Assembly (NCBI RefSeq): GCF_035084215.1
Contig: NC_090328.1
Coordinates: 138,012,001-138,076,000 of the forward strand
DNA: 64,000 bases
Origin: Heptranchias perlo
Lineage: Eukaryota
Direction: 5' to 3'
Both the position numbers and the translations under genes were made by a program. The notes below the pieces were generated by a model. That model did not search any database and was not told the origin of the DNA. It worked only from the letters and a program-made list of their open reading frames with translations. This document shows, in pieces, positions 23,977-35,965 of the stretch (its first letter is position 1; the number at the start of each line of letters is the position of its first letter).

Positions 23977-24384
23977 CGTTCACCAATAACTCTCATCTGT
24001 ATACAAGTGCATTCCTCCTCCTGGGCTTAAGGCTTTTATGTAAAACAAAAAGGTGATGGTGGCACAAGTTGAGCACATGAGCACCTTCACATTGTCGATG
24101 AAGATAATTTCTGCAGTGAATGTATACAATTTTCATTACACAAACCATGAAGATTGCTGTCTCCAAAAACTCATGTAACTTCCAAGCCCAGTCTGATAGC
24201 CCAGCCTATAATCTATATAATGGCCTCTTTGTAGCAGATAAGGGGGTTTATTTGCTGCATGGCACTATCAGTCCCAGCACTGAGGTATCTATTAAAGGCC
24301 ATCATCTTGTAGAAAAACAATATTATCTAGTACTTGATAAGTAATTTTGCAGAGAGAAGGAAAGGCTGCACAACAGCATATGTT

Positions 24385-24485
24385 TGAAATATAAACAGAA
24401 AATTCTGTAAAAACACAGCAGGTCCTTCAACTTCCTTAACAAAAGAGATCTATTAACATTTCTGGTGTAAGCCTTCATCAGAACA
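24385..24485 (-). mobile_element. Old Penelope-like terminal remnant (related remnants near 26310-26420 and 58695-58790)
   Basis: Reverse complement GTTCTGATGAAGGCTTACACCAGAAATGTTAA aligns with 32877-32913. Confidence 0.5.
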
Positions 24486-27400
24486 TATTAGGGCCCATTT
24501 TATGAAATTGAGCTTTTCATCCATAATTGTGTCAAGCATGTCCTTGACTTTCTCATGTGCTCACAACTAGTAAGGCTCTATGCTGGAAGAGTGCATTTGT
24601 AAAATCAGCCCCATTTTTAACACTGCTCAATCCTAATTAAAGAAATGTAAAATACCTTACCAGCTTAAGGAAGAGTGAATACTTGTGTAGTTAGTTTTAG
24701 CCATCTATAAAAGAATTCCATGAACAATCTATTCTCAACTGGTAATAAGCATGTTTGTCTTTGCTGGCCTGTTATAATACTGCTGAATGTTGTAATATCT
24801 CTCTTTTGTACTCCATTTACAGAAGGGTTAACAATATCCTTCTGTGAAAGACACCATAACTGAAACCTAAAACTTCCTTGGATAGGAAATTCTACCAGTG
24901 GAAGATAATTATAGTAATTGAGTCTGAGCCATATATACTGGTGATCCTTATTACTTATCTTGGCACTTTGATTCACATTGGACGTCATCTTCTGCACATC
25001 CCTCCAAGCATAGTGGGCCATGGAGATCACATTGACTTTGTGCATGAATACCTCTCTCACCTGATGGACCCCCTGTTTTGTTGTGATTTATTGAGCTTTG
25101 TCCTTCTGACACATATAGGTCATTTCTCCATTCCCTTACTCAGAATGATTCCCATGCTTTCCCTATGAAGTGAGCCATACTGCACTCACATTTGCACACT
25201 CCACAGCTGGACCAATGCACTGAGCATTATTTATAATGCTGACATGCCGATTAAGGAGGTTAATGGGGTAATTGCAGCTTTTTACTGATTAGCTGCTCAG
25301 TTTGTGTGTTAATTGTAACATAGCCCAGCTCCGAGAATGTACTATAAGTAAAGCTGTGCATTCCTATGAGTATGTTCTATAAAAAGAAAAATTAATTCCA
25401 TAACCAGTGAGCTAAACCAGTTGGCAAAAAGAAATAATGGAAGGAGAAGAGTGATGCTGCTGTCTCTGTCGCGGTTCACCATCTTGGAACTGTGCCAATG
25501 TTGGGTAGCTGCAGCTGCAGGTCCCTTCCTCACAGAGCTTGACCCTGTTTCCCTGACAGCGCATGTCACTGGGACAGATGAGATAAAGTTTCATTCCTGC
25601 GTCTATCCCTCTACTTGGCCCTGCAGGCCGCTGGGATCAGCCTTGTGAAGCTATGCAATCCTAAAACAATGATTTTGATGATTTTCTTTTTCAAATACCA
25701 AATGCCCTTGAGGCTACATTGACGTGGAACAGGAGGCCTGCAGCAAAGGATTTAATTTCTTTAAAAAAAAATGCAACAAAAAACATGAATCATGAAGGTA
25801 ATTTTACTCTCCATTTTTCCTTGTTTAACCCTATGCAATTTTGACTAAGGACTATGTTTAAACATGACGCACTGGTCTCCCAGAAGAGTCCGTTAACTGT
25901 TTTAATGTGTTACGGTTTTGCTGAACCCATTATTGTAGTTGAATTTGGAAATATATCAGGAAGAGCTTGTTTAATGCCAGATCTCAATCTCCTTTAAACT
26001 TATTTTTTATCGTTGAACCATCTACAGTATGCAGCACGGCTGAGTGGTAGCTCCTTCTGAAGGTACCAGCAGTAATGCCGACACAGGACATGGAGTACCA
26101 CATCATGAAGTCCACAATAAGAAACAGATGTCCTTAATTTCCCAAGTGTGTCCCACAGCAGTTTCCACTGACATCCCTTCCCGTTGAAGTCTTGACTTAG
26201 CTTTATAAACTGCAGATGTCAAAGATGCCTTAATATGAAGTTCTGCATTTCATTTTGCAATGAATGGGATATCCATATCATGAGTAAGAATTGCCATAAA
26301 TGCACAATGCAAATGCTGGAAATCTGAAATAAAACAGCTATAAGTGAAGAGTTACAACTGAAACATTAACCCATTATTCTCTTTCAGATGCTGACCACGC
26401 TGCTGTACATTTCCAGCATTGTTACAGAAGGGTAGATTATTTGGGCCAAGTACTGATGGTCTAAGAATGGCACAGGAGCAAAAAGGACACTGGGGGACTG
26501 GAAAATTTGGCTAAGATCCCTATACCAGGATATGTATAGCATTTGCATCAAGTGCAATTTTCCAGAAGGCCTTTTAAATCAGCCTAAAGTGCATTTGCCA
26601 AACTGAGCCATGGTTTCATTTTAATATTATAATATTTAAATGAAGCCTCAGGTCATTTTCCATTTGTTTGGAATGATACTGAGTTGGGAGCTCACTTCTC
26701 CCACTTGAAATTGGCCTAAGACAATCTCTACAAAGGTCCAAGGTTATCAGCTTTTTTTTATTTTGCTGTACATTTTTAGTACGGGCTTCTGTTATATTGG
26801 TATTTATTGGCATTTTTCTGATAATTTTCTTCAGTTTATTTTCTTCAGTGCATTTTCCTTCCTCCCTCTGCACCATGCCTTCAATATCTCTCTCCAGTGT
26901 TTGAGACCCTCCGAACTCATCACCGCTACCTGCTCCATGGTTTAGAGATGATCTTTATATCACTGTGATCCCTTCATTATATTCTTTACCTTTTCTGCAA
27001 ACATGGACAGATAACAGAAGATAATAACGGGTACCCAGGTGGGAATATAGATTCATCTCAGCAAGGGGTTCAGATGATAGCATAAATGTCAAAACTGAAG
27101 ATCCAATTAACTTATAAGTCTTATCTGAAACCCAAAATGAGATTACAGCCATGAAATATTGGATTATTAGGGAGAAAATGTTGCTTTTTTTTGTCAGGGT
27201 GGATGTCGACAGCCAGCTGAAGTATGAAGAAGTTCAGACTAAAGGATGAATAATTGTGGTTTAATCCCTACAAATTTATTGACTGATAACTACAGTTAAT
27301 TATAGTTTATATAACAACTAGTTTTGGGAATAGGTTTCAATTAATAAATTATATGTTGTGTAATTCTGTCCACAAAGTTGTGAACTAAGAAAAATATTAT

Positions 27401-27864
27401 TTATTTTCAAAGAACCAATCAAAAAATACTTATTTCACTGTCCCGGCAGATTTCCTAGAGGTGTTTTTCCAAATCCTTTCAATGGAGATATGTACTTCAA
27501 CATCATCACTCCCTAACCTCTCATTCATTTTGTACATTGACATGGGAGCTCTGCTCATGCATGACGTCTTGTGTCTAGTGGATGTTTTGTCCATTAAATT
27601 TCCTACGCAACACTTCAGTGTCACACTGTGTACTCATGTATATTTCTGTGCGATATTTGCTTTGATTGGCTGAAAATTTGTATTCATAAAACAGTGACAA
27701 ATCAGAGCTGAGCAAGTACTGAACTTAACAATCAACATGTAGCATAAGGAAGTGAAACCTACCATTCAGCAATTTCAAAAAACTTCCAATCAAAAATTGA
27801 CAGTCATCAAACAGTTACCAATAGCAAGGAGCAGAAGGTGAACCAATTAAATCACTGAAACATT

Positions 27865-29915
27865 GGACCCAATTTTAGCAGGGCTGCGGGTTCTCGGCGG
27901 ATGGGCTAGCTGGCGCGTGGGTAACGCGCCCGGTGAAATTAGTGGGTTTCCCGCGCGATCGTAGCAGGCAACCCACTAATTGGATTCACTTACCTGCTCC
28001 TCCGGGTTCCCCGCTGCTGGTCTGTGTGTCGGGCGGGCTGCGCATGCGCAGTAAGATCTGTCAGCTGGAGGCGCTCTATTTAAAGGGGCAGTCCTCCACT
28101 GACAGATGCTGCAACCAATAGCAAAGATGACTGCATGGAGCAGCCCAGGGGGAAGGCTGCTCCCAGTTTAATGATGCCTCACCCCAGGTATCAATACATG
28201 GGGTGAGGAGGAGGGGGAGGACAGAGATCTTTCACCCGGCGGGCGGGAGGAAGCGGCCCGCCTCTGCCACCAGGAAGGCCTGGCTCGAGGTGGCAGAGGG
28301 GGTCATCTGCGCCACCAACATATCGCCCACCTGCACACAGTGCAGGAGGCGCTCCAATGACCTCAGTAGGTCAGCCAAAGTGAGTACACGTAGTCTTTCC
28401 CCTACACTCCGTCTGCCACATCACTGCCCCCACCCCACATCTCCTTCGGCACTGCCAACACTACTCTGTCACATCACCCCTCATACCCACTCAAACCCCA
28501 TCCTCATCTTACCTGCACCTACTCACCTCGCCAGTACTCACCCCACCACTACCACGCAACCCAATCCTCATACAATCTCATGGCTCTATCTCATACTCAC
28601 CCTCTCGTGCATCTCCCTCACGGCCAGCCTCACTCAACCTGCCACTACCTGTGCTGCAGCCACAGGGCATGCATCACATATGTGCAGTAGGCAGCGTAAG
28701 GCAAACGTGTCGTGAGCATGAAGGGGATGCACAAGGGTGTTTGAGGGTTTGTCATGGTTGTTACTTAGATTGAATTTCAGAACAACTCACATCACACATT
28801 ATATTGGCACCACTACTGCCATGTCTTTGCGAATCCTGTCCGGTTTGTGCAATAATGCCCGCTCCTGGGTATCACTATGAGGACCCACCACTGATGCCAC
28901 CCATTGTGTCACTGCAGAGTGGGTGTAGGTGTATTTGCAGGGCTCTTCTGCGCTGACGAGTGAGAGACATCGGCGATGTCCCCGGTTGCACCCTGGAAGG
29001 CTGCGGAGGAGAAGTTCGGGAGGGCAGTGGTGACTTTGACAGCGACAGGTAGGAAGATGGTGCACGGGCCAGCCAGGAGCAGCTCGGCATGAAAGAGACT
29101 GCAGATGTCCACGGCTACATGTCGAGTGACTCTGAGCCTCCGTGTGCACTGCTGCTCAGAGAGGTCCAGGAAGCTGAGCCTCGGTCTGTGGACCCTGTGG
29201 CGAGAGTAGTGCCCCCTGCGATGCATCTCTCTCTGCCGCTGCCCTCCCTCCTGCTGTACAGGTGGATGTGTCACAGCACTGTGTTGTGGAGCTCCACGTG
29301 TCAGAGGTGGACGGCGTGGATGGCGAGGCTGGTGATGCTGTTCGCCCTCCAAGGGAGTCATGACTGCAGCTACGGCGGCCCCCATCCGGAAGATGTACAT
29401 CTGAGGGCGTCCGCAAGGTAGGTAAATGTCTCCGGACCCCGGGGTAAGTGTGCAGGTTGGTGACTTTGACCGTCAGGAGGAGGGTGGTGGAGGCCAAACT
29501 TTGACCCAAGTGACAGAGTGGCCTCCTGCAATGGGTGAGGGTCTCCCCCCTCCACCTGTCAAATGGACCTTTGCAGCTGCCACAGGCTGACAGCTGCAAC
29601 ACGTCCATTTGATCTGGGAGTGTTTCCCCCAGTGTGGGAAACAGTCCCATGTTGATCCAAAATCACACACAGTCCCTTAATCAGGTCAGTTAATGACCTG
29701 AACAAGCAAAGTAAATACTCTCAAGTGGCATTCCGCTGGCTTTAATTGCCTGCGGGATTCCCACCAGCGGGGGCTGCGCGCGCACGCCGGCGCGTCAGCG
29801 AGGAACCCGGAAGTGGGCGGGATCGAGGCGGGATCCGGTCCCGCTCCTGGATTTCGGGATTTTCGGGGCCCCCCCGCCGAGAACGCACTCGATAGCGGGT
29901 GGTAAAATCGAGCCC
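27865..29915. mobile_element. Internally deleted PIF/Harbinger DNA transposon with both TIRs and convergent Myb/SANT (+) and transposase (-) remnants
   Basis: TIRs GGACCCAATTTTAGCA versus GGGCTCGATTTTACCA (12/16); flanks ATT/ATG. The + strand gives RKAWLEVAEGV...TQCRRRSNDL (trihelix/Myb-SANT). The - strand gives RVHRPRLSFLDLSEQQCTRRLR...LPVAVKVTTAL...FQGATGDI (HARBI1-like N-terminus). Confidence 0.85.
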
Positions 29916-29918
29916 ATG

Positions 29919-30020
29919 AACTCTGTTTCTTTCTCCACAGATGCTGCCTGACTTGCTGAGCATGTCCAGCATTTTCTGTTTTTATTTCAGATTTCCAGCA
30001 TCCGCAGTATTTTGCTTTTA
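29919..30020 (+). mobile_element. Penelope-like terminal fragment cut by the Harbinger insertion
   Basis: AACTCTGTTTCTTTCTCCACAGATGCTGCC matches 32910-32940 and 41193-41222; the preceding CTGAAACATT lies at 27855-27864. Confidence 0.7.
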
Positions 30021-30039
30021 AATCACTCTAAATACTTCA

Positions 30040-31105
30040 GCTGCCGTCATTAACTATCGTTCTTAGTATTGGAAATAAGATTTTGTAACACAACAAATAC
30101 ATAAAATGTTACACAAATCCCAACTCAATTATAGTCTGCTTCTATCTGTGTCTCATCCTTTCATAATTTTAAACACTTCTTTTATGTCGCCCCGTAATCT
30201 GCGTTGTTCTAATGAAAAAAGACCCAATTTTTCAAGTCTTCATATTTTTATTTCCTCATACCAGGAACCATCCGTGTTGTACCATCTCTAAAGCCTCAAT
30301 ATCCTTCCCATGGTGTGGAGCCCATTACTGTGCCCAGTACTCTAATTGAAGTCTTATTAAGGTTTTGTTCGTGCTCATCATTACCTCTTGGCTTTTATAT
30401 TCTATATCTCTTGAGATAAAACCTGGAATTCTATTAGTTATTTTTACCGTCTTATCAACCTGAGGTACTGCCTTTAACGTTCTATGAACCTGTACCTCCA
30501 ATTAGCTCTGCCCTTCCACAGCACCAAGCCTACCTTCCATTCAGAGTATCATTACTGCTGCTGCTATTTGTTTTACTAAAATGTATCACCTCACGGTTAC
30601 TGACATTGAATTCCATTTGCCACTTTTTAACCCATTGCCCCATCTTACCAATATCTTTTTGCGGTTTCCTTTGGTTTTCTCAAGAATTAACTATTTTGGT
30701 ATCATCTGCAAATTTCAACAGCACTCCCTCTGGGTCTACATTCAAATCATAGATATACACAGTGAACAAAAGTGGCCCCAGAACTGAAACCTCAAGGACA
30801 CTGCTACCCACTTCCAACCATTCTGAAAAACTGCCCTTAACTCCTTCTCTCTGTTTTCCCCCTTCTAACTAATATTTAATCCAGTTTGCTACTCTCCCTA
30901 AGTCAATATGCTTTAATCCTCTCTAATAATGTGGTGCCTTATCAAAGGCTTTACTAAAGTACATGTATACTACATGCACTGCATTTCCCCCATCTGCCAT
31001 GCCTATTACCTCCTCAAAGAATTCTAGCAGGTTTGTTAAGCATGGTCATCCCTTTTGAAATCCATGCTGGCTAATAACTATTTTCTCTTCATCAAGATAC
31101 AGGGT
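30040..31105 (-). mobile_element. Old, diverged CR1 fragment
   Basis: Reverse complement shows decayed QHGF, FDK, VPxGS and KFADD-region sequence. Confidence 0.7.
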
Positions 31106-31111
31106 AATTTC

Positions 31112-31408
31112 ATCTGAACCTGACTGTTCGCAGCCTCGGTGTCCTATTTGACCCTGAGATGAGCTTCCAATCCCATATTCTCTGCATCACCAAGACCGCC
31201 TACTTCCACCTCTGTACCATTGCCCTTCTCCATCCCTGCCTCAGTTCATTTGCTGCTAAAACCCACATCCATGCCTTTGTTACCTCTAGACTCGACCATT
31301 CCAATGCTCTCCTGGCCGGCCTCCCATCTTCCACCCTCCATAAACTTGAGCTAATCCAAAACTCTGCTGCCCGTATCCTAACTCGCACCAAGTCCCGTTC
31401 ACCCATTA
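31112..31408 (+). mobile_element. L2 LINE ORF2 C-terminal fragment
   Basis: TAYFHL...HAFVTSRLDHSNALLAGLP...LELIQNSAARILT is characteristic of L2. Confidence 0.85.
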
Positions 31409-31682
31409 AAGGTAAGGAGGCCCGATCTCAATAAAGGTTCATGGTTTGGTGAGAGTATTTGATGTAGCAACGTGAAGGGTATGAAGATTATCAACCATTA
31501 CGTGAAAAATTATGATGTTTAATTGGTGTTAGATTTGTTGGTGTGGTGTGTATATATATATATATATAGATATATGCATAAAATGTTTGTATTGTTGTAA
31601 ACTCAGGCCTCTAAGGATGTAGTAAGGAGAGACGAGATAGAGTGAACCAGAGTGGTATCATTAAGGTTCAAAAGGAGGGAGA

Positions 31683-32201
31683 TGTAGCAGTATGGTTTGA
31701 GCTGCATGTAGTCAAGTATCCCATCAGGCAATGCGCCACCTGGGCTTATGTAAGAATGAGAACTGAGCTAACTAAGTTCAGGAGAACAACAACCATCTGA
31801 CGAGCTAAAATAAGGATGGGGCTGACACAGTCATGTTGACTGAGCACATCCACCATTACTGCCGGTAAACATGGATGAGGTAATTACAGGGTCAGAACAT
31901 GTTGAGACAAGAAGTTGCCACATCTTGGTGACTAAATTATTGTCCAAGAAATGTGTAGAATGAGACAGCCAAAGGGTATAAAGGGAGGGTTCAGGCCACT
32001 TAGAATTAGAACAGTTCTCTGGATGGTCAGAAGTCCACAGCCAAGCCTGATCAATTTGGGTTCGTGGGAAAACCAGATTGTAGAAGTTCTAACCATAATA
32101 GTTAATTTGCTATTGATGTCTGTGTAATAAACTTATGTTCAACAACACACTCGAGCCTAAACTGTGAGAAATCATTTGTCTAAAGTCATAGATTCCTAAC
32201 A
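31683..32201 (+). mobile_element. Probable 3' LTR (about 519 bp) of an LTR retroelement or ERV, preceded by its polypurine tract
   Basis: AAAAGGAGGGAGA directly before TGTAG; TATAAA at 31977-31982; AATAAA at 32126-32131; ends CTAACA. Confidence 0.6.
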
Positions 32202-32344
32202 GAAGTCACCAATCAATCACAGGACACATGGAATGTTTTGAGAAGTTAAAGATTTAATATGAGTAAACTATACAGCATTTCTATTCCTAATCCTACCACT
32301 TCTACATGGGCTATCCCTGTGGCTTTGGCAGAGTTTACTTATAC

Positions 32345-32977
32345 TTCTTTCAATGTAGTATACTGTATTCGCTGCACACAATGAGGTCTCCTCTACATTG
32401 GGGAGACCAAACACAGACTGGGTGATCGTGTTGCTGGACACCTCCTCTCTGTCCGCAAGTGTGACCCTGACCTGCCGGTCACTTGCCATTTTAATTCCCC
32501 GTCCCATTCCCACTCTGACCTCTGTCCTCGGCCTCTTACACTGTTCCAATGAAGCTCAGCACAAGTTCGAGGAGCAGTACCTCATCTTTCGATTAGGCAA
32601 TTTACAACCTTCCAGTCTCAACATTGATTTCAATAACTTCATTTTCAGTCAGCTAGTGCTGGTAATGGTTCTGCTGCTGCCATTTACAGCTACTCCTGAT
32701 CAATCTTTTGTTTCTGAACCTGTCCCAATACCACCATCATCCCTTTTGTCATTTAATCACCCCTGCCCTCCACCCTATCAGAGACCTTCCCTTTTGTTCT
32801 TTCCTCCCCTCCCCTCCCTTCCCCCCTTTCCCTGGCTCTGTACTTGCTCAAAAACTTTAACTCTTTAACATCTTCCAGTTCTGATGAAAGGTCTTCGACC
32901 TGAAACATTAACTCTGTTTCTTTCTCCACAGATGCTGCCTCACTTGCTGAGCTTCTCCAGCATTTTCTGTTTTTATT
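32345..32977 (+). mobile_element. Penelope-like element 3' part: GIY-YIG endonuclease end, pyrimidine-rich UTR and terminal hammerhead motif
   Basis: Cys-x-x-LYIGETK-like segment and KFEEQYLIFRLGNLQPSSLNIDF; AGTT-CTGATGA-A-AGGTC-TTC-GACCT-GAAA-CATT-AACT at 32877-32913. Confidence 0.8.
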
Positions 32978-32979
32978 TA

Positions 32980-34010
32980 TGCTCTGTACGTTGCTCGGTC
33001 TTATAAGGTGTTCGCAGTCGACGACCACTGGATGTTGGAGCCCGTGAGGTGACTGCTTCACCTGCACTTATACAGGGGAAGACTGGGCCAGCGGGAGAGG
33101 AGGCAGCATGTTGAGGGTGGGGGCGGAGGGGGGGACAATGGGTGAGGTGTGCAGACATTCTGAGAAATGTGTGCATTTGCCTCTCTCTTCTTGCCACCCT
33201 CCCTCCCCTGGCCCAGTAGCACATCACTCCTGCCTATCTGCTGGAGAGCAGCTTGGAGGAGATCAGTTGGAAGCCGATGTGTAATCCTTCTGCCAGCGTG
33301 TCCATGGCAGTAGAAATATTGGCAGTCATTGTTTGCAGAGACACATCTGTGCACCCTGAAGCAACGTCCATAGAGATGGCCAGACTCTCAATGGAATATT
33401 GCATGCTGGAAAGCTACTGCGACATCACTTCACAAATGTTTGAACTGGACTCCTCCATCCTCTGTGCCATTGTGGAAAGTGTGTCTGGCAGCTCACCTCG
33501 CACAGTTGCTCCTTCATTCTTCTTTTAATTGATGGCCTCCTGGGTTCAGCAGCTCTGTCCAGCTGAGCAGAGCTTGAAGAGGGATGTGCCCTCCGACATG
33601 GACTCTCCTCACCTGTCTCCGTCACCACTCTCTGCTCATGCTCACTTGTGCTGTGTCAAACACCAGATGACATCCCGTCCAACTGTGTTACAGGCCCTAC
33701 CGATGTGCTCGTAACTGCGCTGGTGCCTGCAACGCATGTCTCCTGTGAATCCTCTGTGCGAGGTGTTGGCAGCTCTGCCAGACACACTTTCCACAATGGC
33801 ACAGAGGATGGAGGAGTCCAGTTCAAACATTTGTGAGGTGATGTCGCAGTAGCTTTCCAGCATGCAATATTCCACTGAGAGTCTGGCCATCTGTATGGAC
33901 GTTGCTTCAGGGTGCACAGATGTGTCTCTGCAGACCCAGACGGCAGGTACAAGATCCTCTGAGGAGTCTTCGTCCCTCCGGTCAGGAGGTCTTGGTCGTT
34001 ATGTGATGGC
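32980..34010. mobile_element. Rearranged GC-rich fragment, probably from a Harbinger Myb-gene C-terminal region, containing a long inverted duplication
   Basis: Arms 33331-33505 and 33754-33935 are reverse complements; the Harbinger origin is an inference from composition and context. Confidence 0.5.
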
Positions 34011-34852
34011 CCTGGAGGAGAGAAGAAAAGGATAATATATATATTAATAACCTTGACTTGGATACACAGGGCATAATTTCAAAGTTTGCAGATGACACAA
34101 AATTTGGAAATGCAGTAAACAATGTGGAGGATAGCAACAGACTTCGGGAGGACACAGACAGTCTGGTGAAATGGGCAGACACATGGCAGATGCAATTTAA
34201 CACAGAGAAGTGTGAAGTGATATATTTTGGTAGGAAGAATGAGGAGAGGCAATATAAACTAAATGGTACAATTTTAAAGGGGGTGCAGGAACAGAGAGAC
34301 CTGGGGGTGTATGTACACAAATCTTTGAAGGTGGCAGGACAAGTTGAGAAGGCTGTTAAAAAAGCATATGGGATCCTGGGCTTTATAAACAGAGGGACTG
34401 GCCTTGATATTAATCCCCCCACGACGGGCGAGAGAGGGTTGGAGGGGGTGGAGGGGGTTAAAAATTTTAAAACAGGGACCATGTCCCCAACCCGTCACGT
34501 ACCCACCTGCCGCTATTTTTACTGTGGCGGGTAATGTGCCTTGCGAGGGTCCTGTCTTGCGAGAGGCAAGACTCTTCATTAACATATTTAAATTAGGCTC
34601 CCACAATGCAATTGGGAGCCTGATTTAAATTGATCAGTTGCTATCCGGGTTTCCCAGGGTTCAGGTAACTCGGCAGTAATAGGGAGGTGGGAGCTGCTGT
34701 CTCAAGAAGGTAAGTGCTTTTACAGCACTCCTTATAGGCCAGGAGGAGCAGGAGTACTTCCCCTTGGCCCCTCAAGTAAGCCTTCAGCTTCCCCTCTGCC
34801 GATCGCAGCCTCTCCCCATTGCTACAATCAGCGACCTCCCCCCACAAGCCCC

Positions 34853-35237
34853 GATCTCTCGCTCCCTCCCTCCTGACTTCAGCTCTCTTCCCCCCCCCCA
34901 CCCAGCAAGTCCTGATCTCTCGCTCCCTCCCTCCCAACTGCAGCTCTCTTCCCCCCACCACCCAGCAAGTCCTGATCTCTCGCTCCCTCCCTCCTGACTT
35001 CAGCTCTCTTCCCCCCCCCACAGCAAGTCCTGATCTCTCGCTCCCTCCCTCCTGACTTCAGCTCTCTTCCCCCCCCCACAGCAAGTCCTGATCTCTCGCT
35101 CCCTCCCTCCTGACTTCAGCTCTCTTCCCCCCCCCACAGCAAGTCCTGATCTCTCGCTCCCTCCCTCCCAACTGCAGCTCTCTTCCCCCCCCCCCCCACC
35201 CAGCAAGTCCTGATCTCTCGCTCCCTCCCTCCTGACT
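34853..35237. repeat. Minisatellite, about 6.4 copies of a 58-64 bp unit
   Basis: GATCTCTCGCTCCCTCCCTCC starts at 34853, 34914, 34974, 35032, 35090, 35148 and 35212. Confidence 0.95.
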
Positions 35238-35402
35238 GCCGGGCACCGTCTCCAAGGGTCCCCAGCTGTGGCCTCCTGCCACTGGTTTTCCAGCCCGGCA
35301 GACCAGCCTGTCAATTTGGCCAGCTGCTAGGCGGGAAATGGAAGAAAAAATTATAATGAGTTCCTGCCGTTAAATTTGGCACGACCTCCGCGTCGGGGGG
35401 CG

Positions 35403-35965
35403 GACATATGAGGAGAGGTTGAGTAGATTGGGACTCTACTCATTGGAGTTCAGAAGAATGAGAGGCGATCTTATTGAAACATATAAGATTGTGAAGGGGC
35501 TTGATCGGGTGGATGCAGTAAGGATGTTCCCAAAGATGGGTGAAACTAGAACTAGGGGGCATAATCTTAGAATAAGGGGCTGCTCTTTCAAAACTGAGAT
35601 GAGGAGAAACTTCTTCACTCAGAGGGTGGTAGGTCTGTGGAATTTGCTGCCCCAGGAAGCTGTGGAAGCTACATCATTAGATAAATTTAAAACAGAAATA
35701 GACAGTTTCCTAGAAGTAAAGGGAATTAGGGGTTATGGGGAGCGGGCAGGAAATTGGACATGAAGCTGAGTTCGGATCGGTCAATGCCCTGTGGGTGGCG
35801 GAGAGGGCCCAGGGGCTATGTGGCCGGGTCCTGCTCCGACTTCTTGTGTTCTTTAGATTTGTGGTTGGGATCAGATCAGCCATGATCTTATTGAATGGCG
35901 GAGCAGGCTCGAGGGGCCGATTGGCCTACTCCTGCTCCAATTTCTTATGTTCTTATGTTCTTATG
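35403..35965 (+). mobile_element. CR1 3' end with a long 3' UTR, nested in the element above
   Basis: ORF 35419-35763 is an intact C-terminus; tail (TTCTTATG)x3. Confidence 0.9.

Noticed and set aside
24665-25168. Overlapping 131-aa and 96-aa ORFs in unique DNA
   Set aside because: No recognisable domain or convincing exon structure; consistent with chance ORFs.
34853-35237. Regularly spaced repeats superficially like a CRISPR array, and repetitive Gly/Arg ORFs
   Set aside because: The units are tandem with no unique spacers, there are no cas genes and the context is eukaryotic. The ORFs are by-products of the minisatellite.
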